This document shows, one piece after another, positions 6,830-15,020 of a stretch of DNA of 47,739 nt. This DNA comes from a virus (taxonomy: Duplodnaviria; Caudoviricetes): positions 1 through 47,739 of IMG/VR virus record IMGVR_UViG_3300023171_000019; one strand, 5' to 3'. The notes under the pieces are model-generated. The model saw nothing but the letters and a program-made list of their open reading frames with translations. It was not told the origin of the DNA and did not search any database. How positions within the stretch are numbered: position 1 is the stretch's first letter; each line of letters opens with the position of its first letter. A program made the position numbers and the translations under genes.

Positions 6830-7307
6830 ATCGGCAGTAATAGGTACAGACGAGTATTACACGCCTAAATATGTGTTTGACGCGCTAGAAACCTCTTTTG
6901 ACCTGGACGCAGCGAGTCCCGTAAACAGGACGTATTGCCACGTACCTGCAAAAAGTTATATAACTGAAAACAGTTTAGAAAAACAATGGTTCGGCTTTGT
7001 TTGGTTAAACCCTCCGTTCAGCGGTAGAAATTCAAAAACCTTATGGTTGGATAAGATGAAACGTCACGGAAGCGGCATAGTGCTCACTCCTGACAGAACC
7101 TCAGCGCCTTGGTGGAACAAAGCTGCAAAAGAAGCAGACGCCGTGTTTTTCATATCTCCTGGTAAGGTGCAGTTTATTCTAGAGGACGGAGCTGTCGCTA
7201 AAAGCCCTAGCACGGGTGTGACTTTGTTTGGGTACGGGTTTCAAGCCGTAACATGCCTGCTCAGAGCTGAACGAAATGGCTTAGGTATTACGTTAAAAAG
7301 ATTTTAA
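6816..7307 (+). CDS. dam: Phage DNA N6-adenine methyltransferase (Dam-like)
   Basis: DEYYTP, FDLDAAS, VWLNPPFS catalytic motif, RTSAPWW. Confidence 0.88.
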   Translation: MASYESAVIGTDEYYTPKYVFDALETSFDLDAASPVNRTYCHVPAKSYITENSLEKQWFGFVWLNPPFSGRNSKTLWLDKMKRHGSGIVLTPDRTSAPWWNKAAKEADAVFFISPGKVQFILEDGAVAKSPSTGVTLFGYGFQAVTCLLRAERNGLGITLKRF

Positions 7308-7308
7308 A

Positions 7309-7959
7309 ATGGCAGCGAAAAAGAAGCTTGAAGTACTTAATGTTTCCGAGTTTGCTAAGCTCATGGGTGTGGCCAGTAATTCAGTCACTAAATGGATTAC
7401 AACAGGTAAGATCTCGCAACGCTGCATTGAGTACAGCAAGGCTGGTAAACCTCAGATCATTGTAGACTACGCGGTCCCTGAGCTTAAAAAGAACGAAACG
7501 GTAGGAGCGGTACGTAAGACCAAGACCGGGCACAACCTCGGCGGTAACACTAAGCCGCAGGCAAAAGTAACCCCTCAGGCTACACCGGCAGACGTAGCCC
7601 GGCTGTTGAGTTTTGCAGGTGTAACCGACGATGGAGACGTGGAAGTCGCCGGAATGGATATGACCAAAGACCCCCTAACTTTTGAAGCGGCTAAGATTCA
7701 GGAGCAGATAGGCAAGGCGATGAAAATTAAGCTAGAAGTTAAAGAGAAACGAGGTCTGCTAGTTGATAAAGCCGAAATGGAAAAACAACTCGCTGAATTA
7801 GGGATTAACCTTCGCGGCGACCTGGCTACGATAGCCGACCGTGTTGCTGCTAACTGCGTGGCGGACGCAACAGAGCACGGAGTAAGACAAATTATCCACA
7901 GCGCTATTGAAAAAGTGTTGTTAAAATACACCGATAAAGTATGGCCGAGTACGAATTAG
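7309..7959 (+). CDS. terS: Terminase small subunit
   Basis: N-terminal HTH (VSEFAKLMGVASNSVTKWITTGKI), coiled coil ending KRGLLVDK; overlaps terL start. Confidence 0.8.
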   Translation: MAAKKKLEVLNVSEFAKLMGVASNSVTKWITTGKISQRCIEYSKAGKPQIIVDYAVPELKKNETVGAVRKTKTGHNLGGNTKPQAKVTPQATPADVARLLSFAGVTDDGDVEVAGMDMTKDPLTFEAAKIQEQIGKAMKIKLEVKEKRGLLVDKAEMEKQLAELGINLRGDLATIADRVAANCVADATEHGVRQIIHSAIEKVLLKYTDKVWPSTN

Positions 7960-9815
7960 TGCAAGCGTTTTTAAAGGGGCTTACACCTATTGAACGAGTT
8001 TACATAGATCAGTGGGCTGATAAGTACATGGAGCTTTCGACAGAATCCTCGAAAGAAGCAGGCCGATGGAACACAGACAGGACACCTTACTTACGTGAGA
8101 TCCTGCGAAAGCTTTCGCCGACAGATCCGGCCCAACGCATCGTTTTAGCAAAAGGCGTTCAGATCGGCGCGACAGTTTCAGGTATAATAGCGATGCTGGC
8201 GTACGCTGCAACAGATCCGTGCCCTATGATGTATATTCTGCCTACGATTGCAATCGCGCAAGATTTCTCTAAGGATAAACTGCAACCTATGATAAACGGT
8301 TGTTCGGTTCTTAAAGACATTATCAAGGACGCGAACAGTAAGAATTCAGGAAACAACATTTTAGGCAAGCGTTTCAGAGGAGGCTCGATAAATCTTGCCG
8401 GAGCTAATTCAGCAGCCTCGCTCCGGTCAAAAACAATCCGGTTCATCACGGCGGATGAAATAGACGCGTACCCACGTAACCTCGACAAAGAAGGTTCACC
8501 TTTAACGCTTGCAGAAAAACGGCAGGCCACGTACGGTAAGCAAGCTAAGCTTTACATACCCTCGACTCCCACTGTTGAAAACGCCTCGGCAATCTGGTCA
8601 GAGTTCGAGGATACAGATCAGCGGTATTATCACATACCTTGTCCCCACTGCGGCGCAGATCAGCACCTCGTTTTCACACAGATGCGATGGACTCCTGGTA
8701 AACCGGAAACAGCAGTTTACCAATGTGAACACTGTTACGATCCGATAGAGGAAAGGTTCAAGGATAAGTTTCTGATTAAGGGTGAGTGGATCAGCTCGAT
8801 ACCTGAACGCCGCAATGATATCATTATGGGATATCATTTGAATTCGCTGTACTCGCCGTACGGCTGGCTCAGCTGGGAAAAGATCGCACGTGAATACGAG
8901 GCCGCGCAGAAAGAGATTTCCAAAGACCAGGAGGATAACAAGATGCGAGCTTTCACCAACACCGTACTTGGTCTGACTTACGCGACCTCAGGCGAGCGCC
9001 CAGGCTGGAAGTTGCTGTACGATAACAACCGTGAAAACTATGAGCGCGGAACGATCAATAATAACGTCATGGTTATTACAATCGGTGTTGATATCCAGAA
9101 AGACCGTATCGAGCTTGAAGTCGTAGGCTGGGGACTTGATAAAAGATCCTGGTCAATAAATTATCACGTAATAGAAGGCTTGATATCTGACAAAACTGTT
9201 CAGGAAAAACTTATCGCGATTGCCAACACAACTTTCGTTCGCCCGGATCTGGTTCAGGTGCCTGTCTCAAAAATCTGCATTGACGCCGGGTATGATACTA
9301 CCGACGTGTACACTTTCGTCAGCAGCCAGGACGCGACCCGCTGGTCGGCAGTACACGGGAGCCCGACAGCTCGACGGATCTTTTCAAACCCTCAGACGGC
9401 AAATAAAACGACTAAGGAAATGACGGTCTTCACTGCCATTTACTACATGCTCGGCGTAGACATCCTGAAAGATGAACTGTACACGCAGCTTAAAAAGACC
9501 AGGGACGTAGACGATCCGCTCGGGCCTGTGGGCTACTGCCATTTTCCTGAGTACGACGAGATATATTTTCAAGGCATCACAGCTGAACAGAAAGTCGCCA
9601 CGACTAAAGACGGCTTTACGACTTATAAATACGACAAGAAGTTTCAGCGTAATGAACCGCTTGACGTACGGAACTACGCCCGTGCAGCTCTGGCGATGCT
9701 CGGATACGACGAGTTCGGCAATAAGTGCCTTGAAATGATGTTCGCAAATTACCACAGATTAAGCGTCGCCAATGACGTTGTGAAAAAAAAGAAGTCAAGT
9801 TATTGGGGAAACTAA
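7941..9815 (+). CDS. terL: Terminase large subunit, lambda gpA family
   Basis: RTPYLREI, Walker A-like KGVQIGAT, Walker B ADEIDAY, STPT, CPHC/CEHC zinc sites, GVDIQKDR nuclease, RNEPLD. Confidence 0.95.
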   Translation: MAEYELVQAFLKGLTPIERVYIDQWADKYMELSTESSKEAGRWNTDRTPYLREILRKLSPTDPAQRIVLAKGVQIGATVSGIIAMLAYAATDPCPMMYILPTIAIAQDFSKDKLQPMINGCSVLKDIIKDANSKNSGNNILGKRFRGGSINLAGANSAASLRSKTIRFITADEIDAYPRNLDKEGSPLTLAEKRQATYGKQAKLYIPSTPTVENASAIWSEFEDTDQRYYHIPCPHCGADQHLVFTQMRWTPGKPETAVYQCEHCYDPIEERFKDKFLIKGEWISSIPERRNDIIMGYHLNSLYSPYGWLSWEKIAREYEAAQKEISKDQEDNKMRAFTNTVLGLTYATSGERPGWKLLYDNNRENYERGTINNNVMVITIGVDIQKDRIELEVVGWGLDKRSWSINYHVIEGLISDKTVQEKLIAIANTTFVRPDLVQVPVSKICIDAGYDTTDVYTFVSSQDATRWSAVHGSPTARRIFSNPQTANKTTKEMTVFTAIYYMLGVDILKDELYTQLKKTRDVDDPLGPVGYCHFPEYDEIYFQGITAEQKVATTKDGFTTYKYDKKFQRNEPLDVRNYARAALAMLGYDEFGNKCLEMMFANYHRLSVANDVVKKKKSSYWGN

Positions 9816-9833
9816 TTATTTAATTTATATTTG
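9803..9833 (+). promoter_or_regulatory. Bacteroidota promoter driving the non-coding RNA/tRNA cluster
   Basis: TTG-N20-TATATTTG; expected start site near 9838-9840 coincides with the first base of the 19-bp stem. Confidence 0.65.
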
Positions 9834-9838
9834 TGTCC

Positions 9839-9925
9839 TGACTATGAAACCTCCCTGTACCGCAAACTGGTAGCGGCCCTCGGGTGTTGTTGTGTTCGAA
9901 TCCTTCCAGGGAGGTTTCATAGTCA
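9839..9925 (+). ncRNA. tRNA-like RNA with 19-bp terminal stem and no anticodon arm
   Basis: Perfect inverted repeat TGACTATGAAACCTCCCTG/CAGGGAGGTTTCATAGTCA encloses TA, D-arm CCGC-AAACTGGTA-GCGG, CCCTCGGG and GTTCGAATC. Confidence 0.55.
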
Positions 9926-9929
9926 AAAC

Positions 9930-10002
9930 GGGGCGGTAGCATTAATTGGTAAAGCGCTGGGTGTTGAATCTCAGAGATCAGGTTCGAAGCCTGCGTGCTC
10001 CA
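9930..10002 (+). tRNA. Atypical or pseudo tRNA (8-nt anticodon loop TGTTGAAT; Gln-like TTG)
   Basis: Cloverleaf with D-loop TAATTGGTA, CTGGG/CTCAG anticodon stem and CAGG-TTCGAAG-CCTG T-arm; mismatches in acceptor, D and T stems. Confidence 0.55.
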
Positions 10003-10004
10003 CA

Positions 10005-10088
10005 AAGGGAGACCTTTCATCGGAAGTTACGAGCTCCGACAGTGGCTAGAGGGCACTGGCGTCGATAGAAGGCGCTGAAAGGACCCTT
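10005..10088 (+). ncRNA. Structured RNA with a perfect four-way junction
   Basis: CCTTTCA/TGAAAGG closes three abutting hairpins (TCGGA/TCCGA, CAGTG/CACTG, GCGTC/GGCGC); outer stem AAGGG/CCCTT. Confidence 0.55.
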
Positions 10089-10160
10089 AAGATTATTACG
10101 TTCAACAATGAGAAAGTAAGTTTTATTTACAAGGTCTGCAACTTAAAACTTTGTAAATTT

Positions 10161-10233
10161 CGGGATGTGGCGCAGCTGGTAGCGTACCTGGTTTGGGACC
10201 AGGGGGTCGAATGTTCGAATCATTTCATCCCGA
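10161..10233 (+). tRNA. tRNA-Pro (TGG)
   Basis: Canonical cloverleaf: CGGGATG/CATCCCG, GCGC/GCGT D-stem, CCTGG-TTTGGGA-CCAGG, GAATG-TTCGAAT-CATTT; CCA not encoded. Confidence 0.93.
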
Positions 10234-10234
10234 C

Positions 10235-10366
10235 AAAGGAATGTGAGTCTTTCTGCTACAAAGGGTCAGGAGGTTCGTTAAGCGTACGGGACGGTGAAAA
10301 TCGAGTCCGAGAACTTGGTGAAAGATAAAAACGAGGCGTCCAGTAGTAACGCCTACACATTTCTTT
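10235..10366 (+). ncRNA. Multi-stem structured RNA with predicted pseudoknot
   Basis: 11-bp closing stem AAAGGAATGTG/CACATTTCTTT; inner stems GTCTTTC/GAAAGAT, AGGTTC/GAACTT, CGGT-GAAA-ATCG and AGGCGT/ACGCCT. Confidence 0.55.
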
Positions 10367-10391
10367 AAAATTAAGAGGAGGGTAAGATACT

Positions 10392-10422
10392 AAGGCACCT
10401 ATTGTTTAATGGGTGCTTTTTT
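10392..10422 (+). terminator. Intrinsic terminator after the RNA cluster
   Basis: GGCACCTATT-gttt-AATGGGTGCT hairpin followed by a T run. Confidence 0.75.
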
Positions 10423-10450
10423 CGTTTATTTGGGGTAAAAATTTCGAGAC

Positions 10451-10699
10451 ATGGCAGAATATCCGTGCATACCTGACGAATCTGTGTTCACTGTACAGGA
10501 TCTGAAAGATCACAAAAAGCTTATTACGAGCCGTGTGAAGGAGATTCAATACGCTGATAAGCGTGTGGTTTACCGGAACATGCAGGAGCTTTTAGACACC
10601 ATAAAGATCATGGAAGAGGCGATTTATGGACACTGTGCTCAGTACAATAACTCACTCGGGCGCAGACGCTACGCAGTAACCAGCAAAGGAATATGTTAA
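10451..10699 (+). CDS. Head-tail joining protein, gpW-like
   Basis: 82 aa between terL and portal; VKEIQYADKRVVYRNMQEL. Confidence 0.75.
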   Translation: MAEYPCIPDESVFTVQDLKDHKKLITSRVKEIQYADKRVVYRNMQELLDTIKIMEEAIYGHCAQYNNSLGRRRYAVTSKGIC

Positions 10700-12189
10700 A
10701 AGATCTTTATAATCTGGCTACGTACAAAGTACAGTTCGAAGCCAATAAGTTCATGGCCGCTGTGCATGAACAGAAACGCCATTTCGAAGCTGCCGGATAC
10801 GGACGGCGTACGGAAAGCTGGTACAGGAAAACAGGAGGCCCAACATCAGATACGCAAAAAGGCTTACGCCTGTTACGCGGTATGTCTCGCGACCTGGTGC
10901 GTAACAACCCTTATGCTCAACGGGCTATCACGGTCATAGCTACCAATACGGTAGGCTCCGGGATCAGACCGAGTTTTAAAGGCACACGCGCTAAGGCTAT
11001 AAAGAAGAAGTGGGGTGAATGGGCTGGCTCTTCCTCCTGTGATTTTTACGGAAACTTAAACCTTTACGGGTTACAAGAACAGGTTATGCGTGCGGTCGCT
11101 GAATCAGGCGACGCTTTGATCGTACGCCGCTGGAACCAGAACAGCGCCGTAGGTTTTGACTTGCAAATACTTGAAGCTGATTTCCTGGATGAAACTAAAA
11201 CGATGAGGCTTGACGGACCCGATCCGGGTTTTATCCTGCAAGGTGTTCAATTCGATTCCAGAGGCCGTAAAACCGGATATTGGCTTTACGAAGAGCATCC
11301 GACCGAAGTTGCTAAAACGAATTCGCATCCTTCAAGATTTGTACCGGCCTCAGAAGTGATTCATGTTTTCGAAGCTTTAAGACCAGGCCAGGTGCGCGGA
11401 ATCCCGATGGGCGTTTCTGCGTTCATACGAATTAAAGATTACGATAAGTTTCAAGACGCGCAGCTACACCAGCAGATGGTAGCAGCTTGTTTCGTAGCGA
11501 TGGTTACAAACACGAACCCGATACCCGCAGGCATGCAGGGAGGTTACAGCGGTTTAAACCAACCGGAGCTTGAACTTACTGAACGACTTGAACCTGGAGT
11601 AATTCAGGAGCTGCCATACGGGAGGGACGTTAAATTCTCGCAGCCTCCTTCTGTCTCCGGCTCAGACGTTTTCAGCCTGACTGTCCTTAGGGCGATTGCC
11701 GGAGGGTACAACATCACTTATGAAGCGCTTGCAAACGACTACAGTAATGTAAATTTCTCGTCTGGCCGTATGGGTTGGCTGGAATTCGCAAGGGTTGTGA
11801 CCAGCTGGCAGGACAGGCTTATGGTCACTCAATTTTGCCAGAAGGTGTACACGTGGTTTGAAGAAGGCTTGCAGATCATGGAAGGTTTCAGACCGAGCAC
11901 AAAAACCGACGTTACCTGGACCGTACCACGCCGTGAAATGATCGACCCGCTTAAAGAAGGCGCTGCTATTATCGCTGATATTAAAGCAGGTCTGCAATCA
12001 AGACAGGAAGCGCTTAGACAGAAAGGGTACGACCCAGACGACGTGAATGCTGAGATTGCAGAGGACATGCTTGCTGCCGAGATCTTAAACGCTTTGTTCT
12101 CGACTGACGTTAAGTACCGGCCCGAGGATAAAGCGAAACCAGCTGGTGCAACAGTAAAACCGCAAGCAACAAAGGTGCAAAAAAAATAG
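10693..12189 (+). CDS. Portal protein, lambda family
   Basis: SRDLVRNNPYA, LQILEADFL, RPGQVRGIP, DYSNVNFSSGRMG, IDPLKE. Confidence 0.95.
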   Translation: MLKDLYNLATYKVQFEANKFMAAVHEQKRHFEAAGYGRRTESWYRKTGGPTSDTQKGLRLLRGMSRDLVRNNPYAQRAITVIATNTVGSGIRPSFKGTRAKAIKKKWGEWAGSSSCDFYGNLNLYGLQEQVMRAVAESGDALIVRRWNQNSAVGFDLQILEADFLDETKTMRLDGPDPGFILQGVQFDSRGRKTGYWLYEEHPTEVAKTNSHPSRFVPASEVIHVFEALRPGQVRGIPMGVSAFIRIKDYDKFQDAQLHQQMVAACFVAMVTNTNPIPAGMQGGYSGLNQPELELTERLEPGVIQELPYGRDVKFSQPPSVSGSDVFSLTVLRAIAGGYNITYEALANDYSNVNFSSGRMGWLEFARVVTSWQDRLMVTQFCQKVYTWFEEGLQIMEGFRPSTKTDVTWTVPRREMIDPLKEGAAIIADIKAGLQSRQEALRQKGYDPDDVNAEIAEDMLAAEILNALFSTDVKYRPEDKAKPAGATVKPQATKVQKK

Positions 12190-12228
12190 TTTTTTTGTTT
12201 ATGTGAAAGCATAATACCTTGCACCTAT

Positions 12229-14223
12229 ATGGCAACAGTTAAGTTACAAAGCAACAGGACGCGTAACATTTCGTTTACGGCACCTGAATCTTTCGATAAA
12301 GAGACCAGGACTTTTGAAGCGATTATCGCCTCAGAATTCCCGGTTGCTACGAACTTACCTGAGGGCGGATATTTCTACGAGGTGCTATCCTGTAAACCAG
12401 GTCACGTAGATCTAACCAGAGTCATGCACGGGGCACCTCTTTTGGATGCGCACATGCGATACGGACACTCTTCACAGATCGGAGCTGTTAAAGGCCCTGA
12501 GATTGTAAGCGAAGGAATCCGGGCGTCGATCAAGATTTCAAAGCGTAAATCGCTGGATGAACTGGTAGACGATATTGCAGAAGGCGTTTTTCAAAACTTG
12601 TCAGCTGGATACACTGTTTTCCGATACGAAGACATATCTAAACCTGAGGATAAGATACGCACCCTGCTTGCAACAAACTGGCGAATAAACGAGGTCTCGA
12701 CAGAACCCGTGCAAGCCGACCCGAACAGCAGGATCAGAAGCCTGGGAGACAGCGAATTAACTGAAATTGAAATCGATAAACGAATGGACAACCCAGAAAC
12801 AGTGCCGGTAGAGCAGCCAACACCTGCGCCAGCGCCACCAACTCCGGTTCCGGCACCTGCTCCGGTCCCACAACCAATACCAACCCCTGCGCCCACTCCG
12901 GCACCGACCGAGGCAGCTGAAAGAACAAGATCTTTAGCTATCATGGACGCCGCAGCAGTCGCAGGAGCAGCTTTACCCGCTGATTTCGTACGCCAGCACA
13001 TTGATGCAGGCACGCCGATTGACCAGGTAAGAGCACTAACGCTTGAAGCACTTAAATCAAAGTCACCTTTGGAAACACAAAGAGGGGGAGCGCCTGCCGC
13101 ACCCGCAGTCACACTCGATCAGATCGAGAAAACCAGGGGCCTTATCGAAATCGCGATTGCTCGTAAGCATAACGTAAGACCTGTTACGCCTTACACAAAC
13201 GAGGAAATCGTAGGTTCTGAGAAGTACCGCAGTATGCACATGACGGACATGGTTCGTAACTACATTGCTGACGCCGGAGACGACTCGATCTTGCGTGCGA
13301 ATATCAACCAAGTTGGTAAACGTGCTCTGATCAGCTCTTCTACTGCCGATTTCAGTGTGATTCTTGAAGGTGCAGCCCGTCGTCAGCTTATGGCTGAATA
13401 CAGCATTATCGCCGACACGTGGAGAAAGATTGCTGTTACAGGTTCAGTTTCCGATTTCCGGGAGTGGGCTCGTGTTCGCGGCGGTACTATCGGCAGCCTT
13501 GACCAGGTGAACGAAAACGGTGAATTCACAAACAAAGACATCCCAGACGGTTCTGCTGAGAAAGTAAGTATCCAAACTTACGGTAACACAGTGAACTTGA
13601 CGCGTCAAATGATTGTGAATGATGATTTCGGGTATTTCTTACGTATCGCAGGTATGTTGGCTCGTGCTTCTGCTCGTTCAATCGAGAAAGCGCTTTATGA
13701 CAAAATTAACCTGAATGCAGGATTAGGGCCGATTATGGGTGACGGCTTGACGTTGATCCACGCTACGCACGGAAACGTAGGACCAACAGGAGCATATTCA
13801 GCTACAACGGTTGCAGGAGCTCGCGACGTGATGGAAGGTCAGATGGATCTATCCGGTAACGATTACCTCGACTTGACTCCTTCGCTGATTCTGGCGCACA
13901 CAAGTTTGGGCGATACGATCAAAGCGTTGAACATTAACGACTACACGAACGAAGCAAGCAAGTTTGAGCAGCGTAACCTTTACAAAGGTCTGTTTAACGA
14001 CATCGTTACTTCTCGCCGTATCGCAAACGCTAACCGTGTTTATCTGTTCGCAGACAAAAACATCGAACCTGTGTGGGAGGTGAACTTCCTGAACGGCGTA
14101 GAAACTCCTTTCATGGACGAACGTGAAGAATTCGACGTAGACGGTGTTCGCTGGAAAATACGTCACGACTGGGGTATCGCAGCAGTAGGCTTCAAAGGTG
14201 TTGTTTCTAACATCGGAGTATAA
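12229..14223 (+). CDS. Prohead protease-major capsid protein fusion
   Basis: N-terminal protease (APLLDAH, LSAGYTV, EVSTEPVQADP), Pro-rich linker, C-terminal Mu gpT/HK97-like capsid (STADFSVIL, LTRQMIVNDD, IRHDWG). Confidence 0.9.
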   Translation: MATVKLQSNRTRNISFTAPESFDKETRTFEAIIASEFPVATNLPEGGYFYEVLSCKPGHVDLTRVMHGAPLLDAHMRYGHSSQIGAVKGPEIVSEGIRASIKISKRKSLDELVDDIAEGVFQNLSAGYTVFRYEDISKPEDKIRTLLATNWRINEVSTEPVQADPNSRIRSLGDSELTEIEIDKRMDNPETVPVEQPTPAPAPPTPVPAPAPVPQPIPTPAPTPAPTEAAERTRSLAIMDAAAVAGAALPADFVRQHIDAGTPIDQVRALTLEALKSKSPLETQRGGAPAAPAVTLDQIEKTRGLIEIAIARKHNVRPVTPYTNEEIVGSEKYRSMHMTDMVRNYIADAGDDSILRANINQVGKRALISSSTADFSVILEGAARRQLMAEYSIIADTWRKIAVTGSVSDFREWARVRGGTIGSLDQVNENGEFTNKDIPDGSAEKVSIQTYGNTVNLTRQMIVNDDFGYFLRIAGMLARASARSIEKALYDKINLNAGLGPIMGDGLTLIHATHGNVGPTGAYSATTVAGARDVMEGQMDLSGNDYLDLTPSLILAHTSLGDTIKALNINDYTNEASKFEQRNLYKGLFNDIVTSRRIANANRVYLFADKNIEPVWEVNFLNGVETPFMDEREEFDVDGVRWKIRHDWGIAAVGFKGVVSNIGV

Positions 14224-14232
14224 TATTTAAAC

Positions 14233-14261
14233 AGCCCGGAGCCTAAAAACTTCGGGTTTTT
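14233..14261 (+). terminator. Intrinsic terminator after the capsid gene
   Basis: AGCCCGGAG-N8-CTTCGGGTT followed by T run. Confidence 0.7.
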
Positions 14262-14288
14262 ATAAACCTTTTTATTTAAAGTTCGATC

Positions 14289-14627
14289 ATGGCAAGAGGA
14301 TATAAACAACCCGCCGAAACACTGGAATGGATCGCACCTTCGGGCGGCGTGCTTGCAGGCGTTCCTGTTATCATAGGCACTCCCGGCACTTTGGCCTTTC
14401 CACTTGGTAATGCAGCAGTAGGGGAACCTTTCCGTACGCCGACAGCCGGTAGCTACGTTATGACAAAGGAACCAGGGCTGGCGATAACCAACGGCGATAC
14501 GCTGTACTGGGATAACACAAACAAAAGAATTACAAAAACTGCTTCGACTAATGTTGTGGCCGGTATCGCAGGTAAAAGCGAGATCGCAGGCTCTTCAACC
14601 GTACAGGTAGTTTTCAACGTAAGATAA
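14289..14627 (+). CDS. Capsid cement/decoration protein (DUF2190-like)
   Basis: Follows the capsid gene; YKQPAETL, APSGGVLAG, GDTLYWDNTNKRITKTA. Confidence 0.8.
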   Translation: MARGYKQPAETLEWIAPSGGVLAGVPVIIGTPGTLAFPLGNAAVGEPFRTPTAGSYVMTKEPGLAITNGDTLYWDNTNKRITKTASTNVVAGIAGKSEIAGSSTVQVVFNVR

Positions 14628-14639
14628 TCCTGTTGTCAA

Positions 14640-15020
14640 ATGAATGAATTTGACCTTATGAAAGCCGACATGTTCCGGGAAGTTACCGCAGTCATGGGGT
14701 TCTCGGCAAGTTGGCTTTCATCCGTAACAGGACTTATTACAACAGCAGCTCACGGCGTTACATTTAAGCACGCTTCTTTAAAAGAGAAAGAATTTCTTGA
14801 GTACGACGACGCGTTCTGGTCCCCGGAAAATAAGATCATGGAATATCTGGAGCAAGATTTCCCAGGGCTTTACGAACTGGTAGTATCAGCAGACGGGGTT
14901 CAGGAGATTATGATCTGGGATAACGGCAAACCGGAAACAGCCAGGTATTACACAGCTGGCAGCGCACGGAAAGCTTTTGACGGCGATTCAATTTATTTAC
15001 AGTTGTTTACCTTAGAATGA
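14640..15020 (+). CDS. Putative head-tail connector protein
   Basis: Position between head and tail genes; 126 aa. Confidence 0.55.
   Translation: MNEFDLMKADMFREVTAVMGFSASWLSSVTGLITTAAHGVTFKHASLKEKEFLEYDDAFWSPENKIMEYLEQDFPGLYELVVSADGVQEIMIWDNGKPETARYYTAGSARKAFDGDSIYLQLFTLE

Noticed and set aside
9820-10049. ORFs 9831..10049 (+) and 9820..10020 (-)
   Set aside because: They overlap clear tRNA-like structures and are partly products of the 19-bp inverted repeat.
10005-10088. Hairpin ribozyme or Y RNA identity for the four-way junction
   Set aside because: GTC and AGAA are present but without the helices flanking loop A and with no loop B; there is no T-loop consensus and no Ro60 gene in the window.
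10234-10300. Theta (HDV-like) ribozyme after tRNA-Pro
   Set aside because: I could not build the HDV P1-P1.1-P2-P3 fold starting at the tRNA 3' end; the sequence instead forms a long closing stem with 10356-10366.
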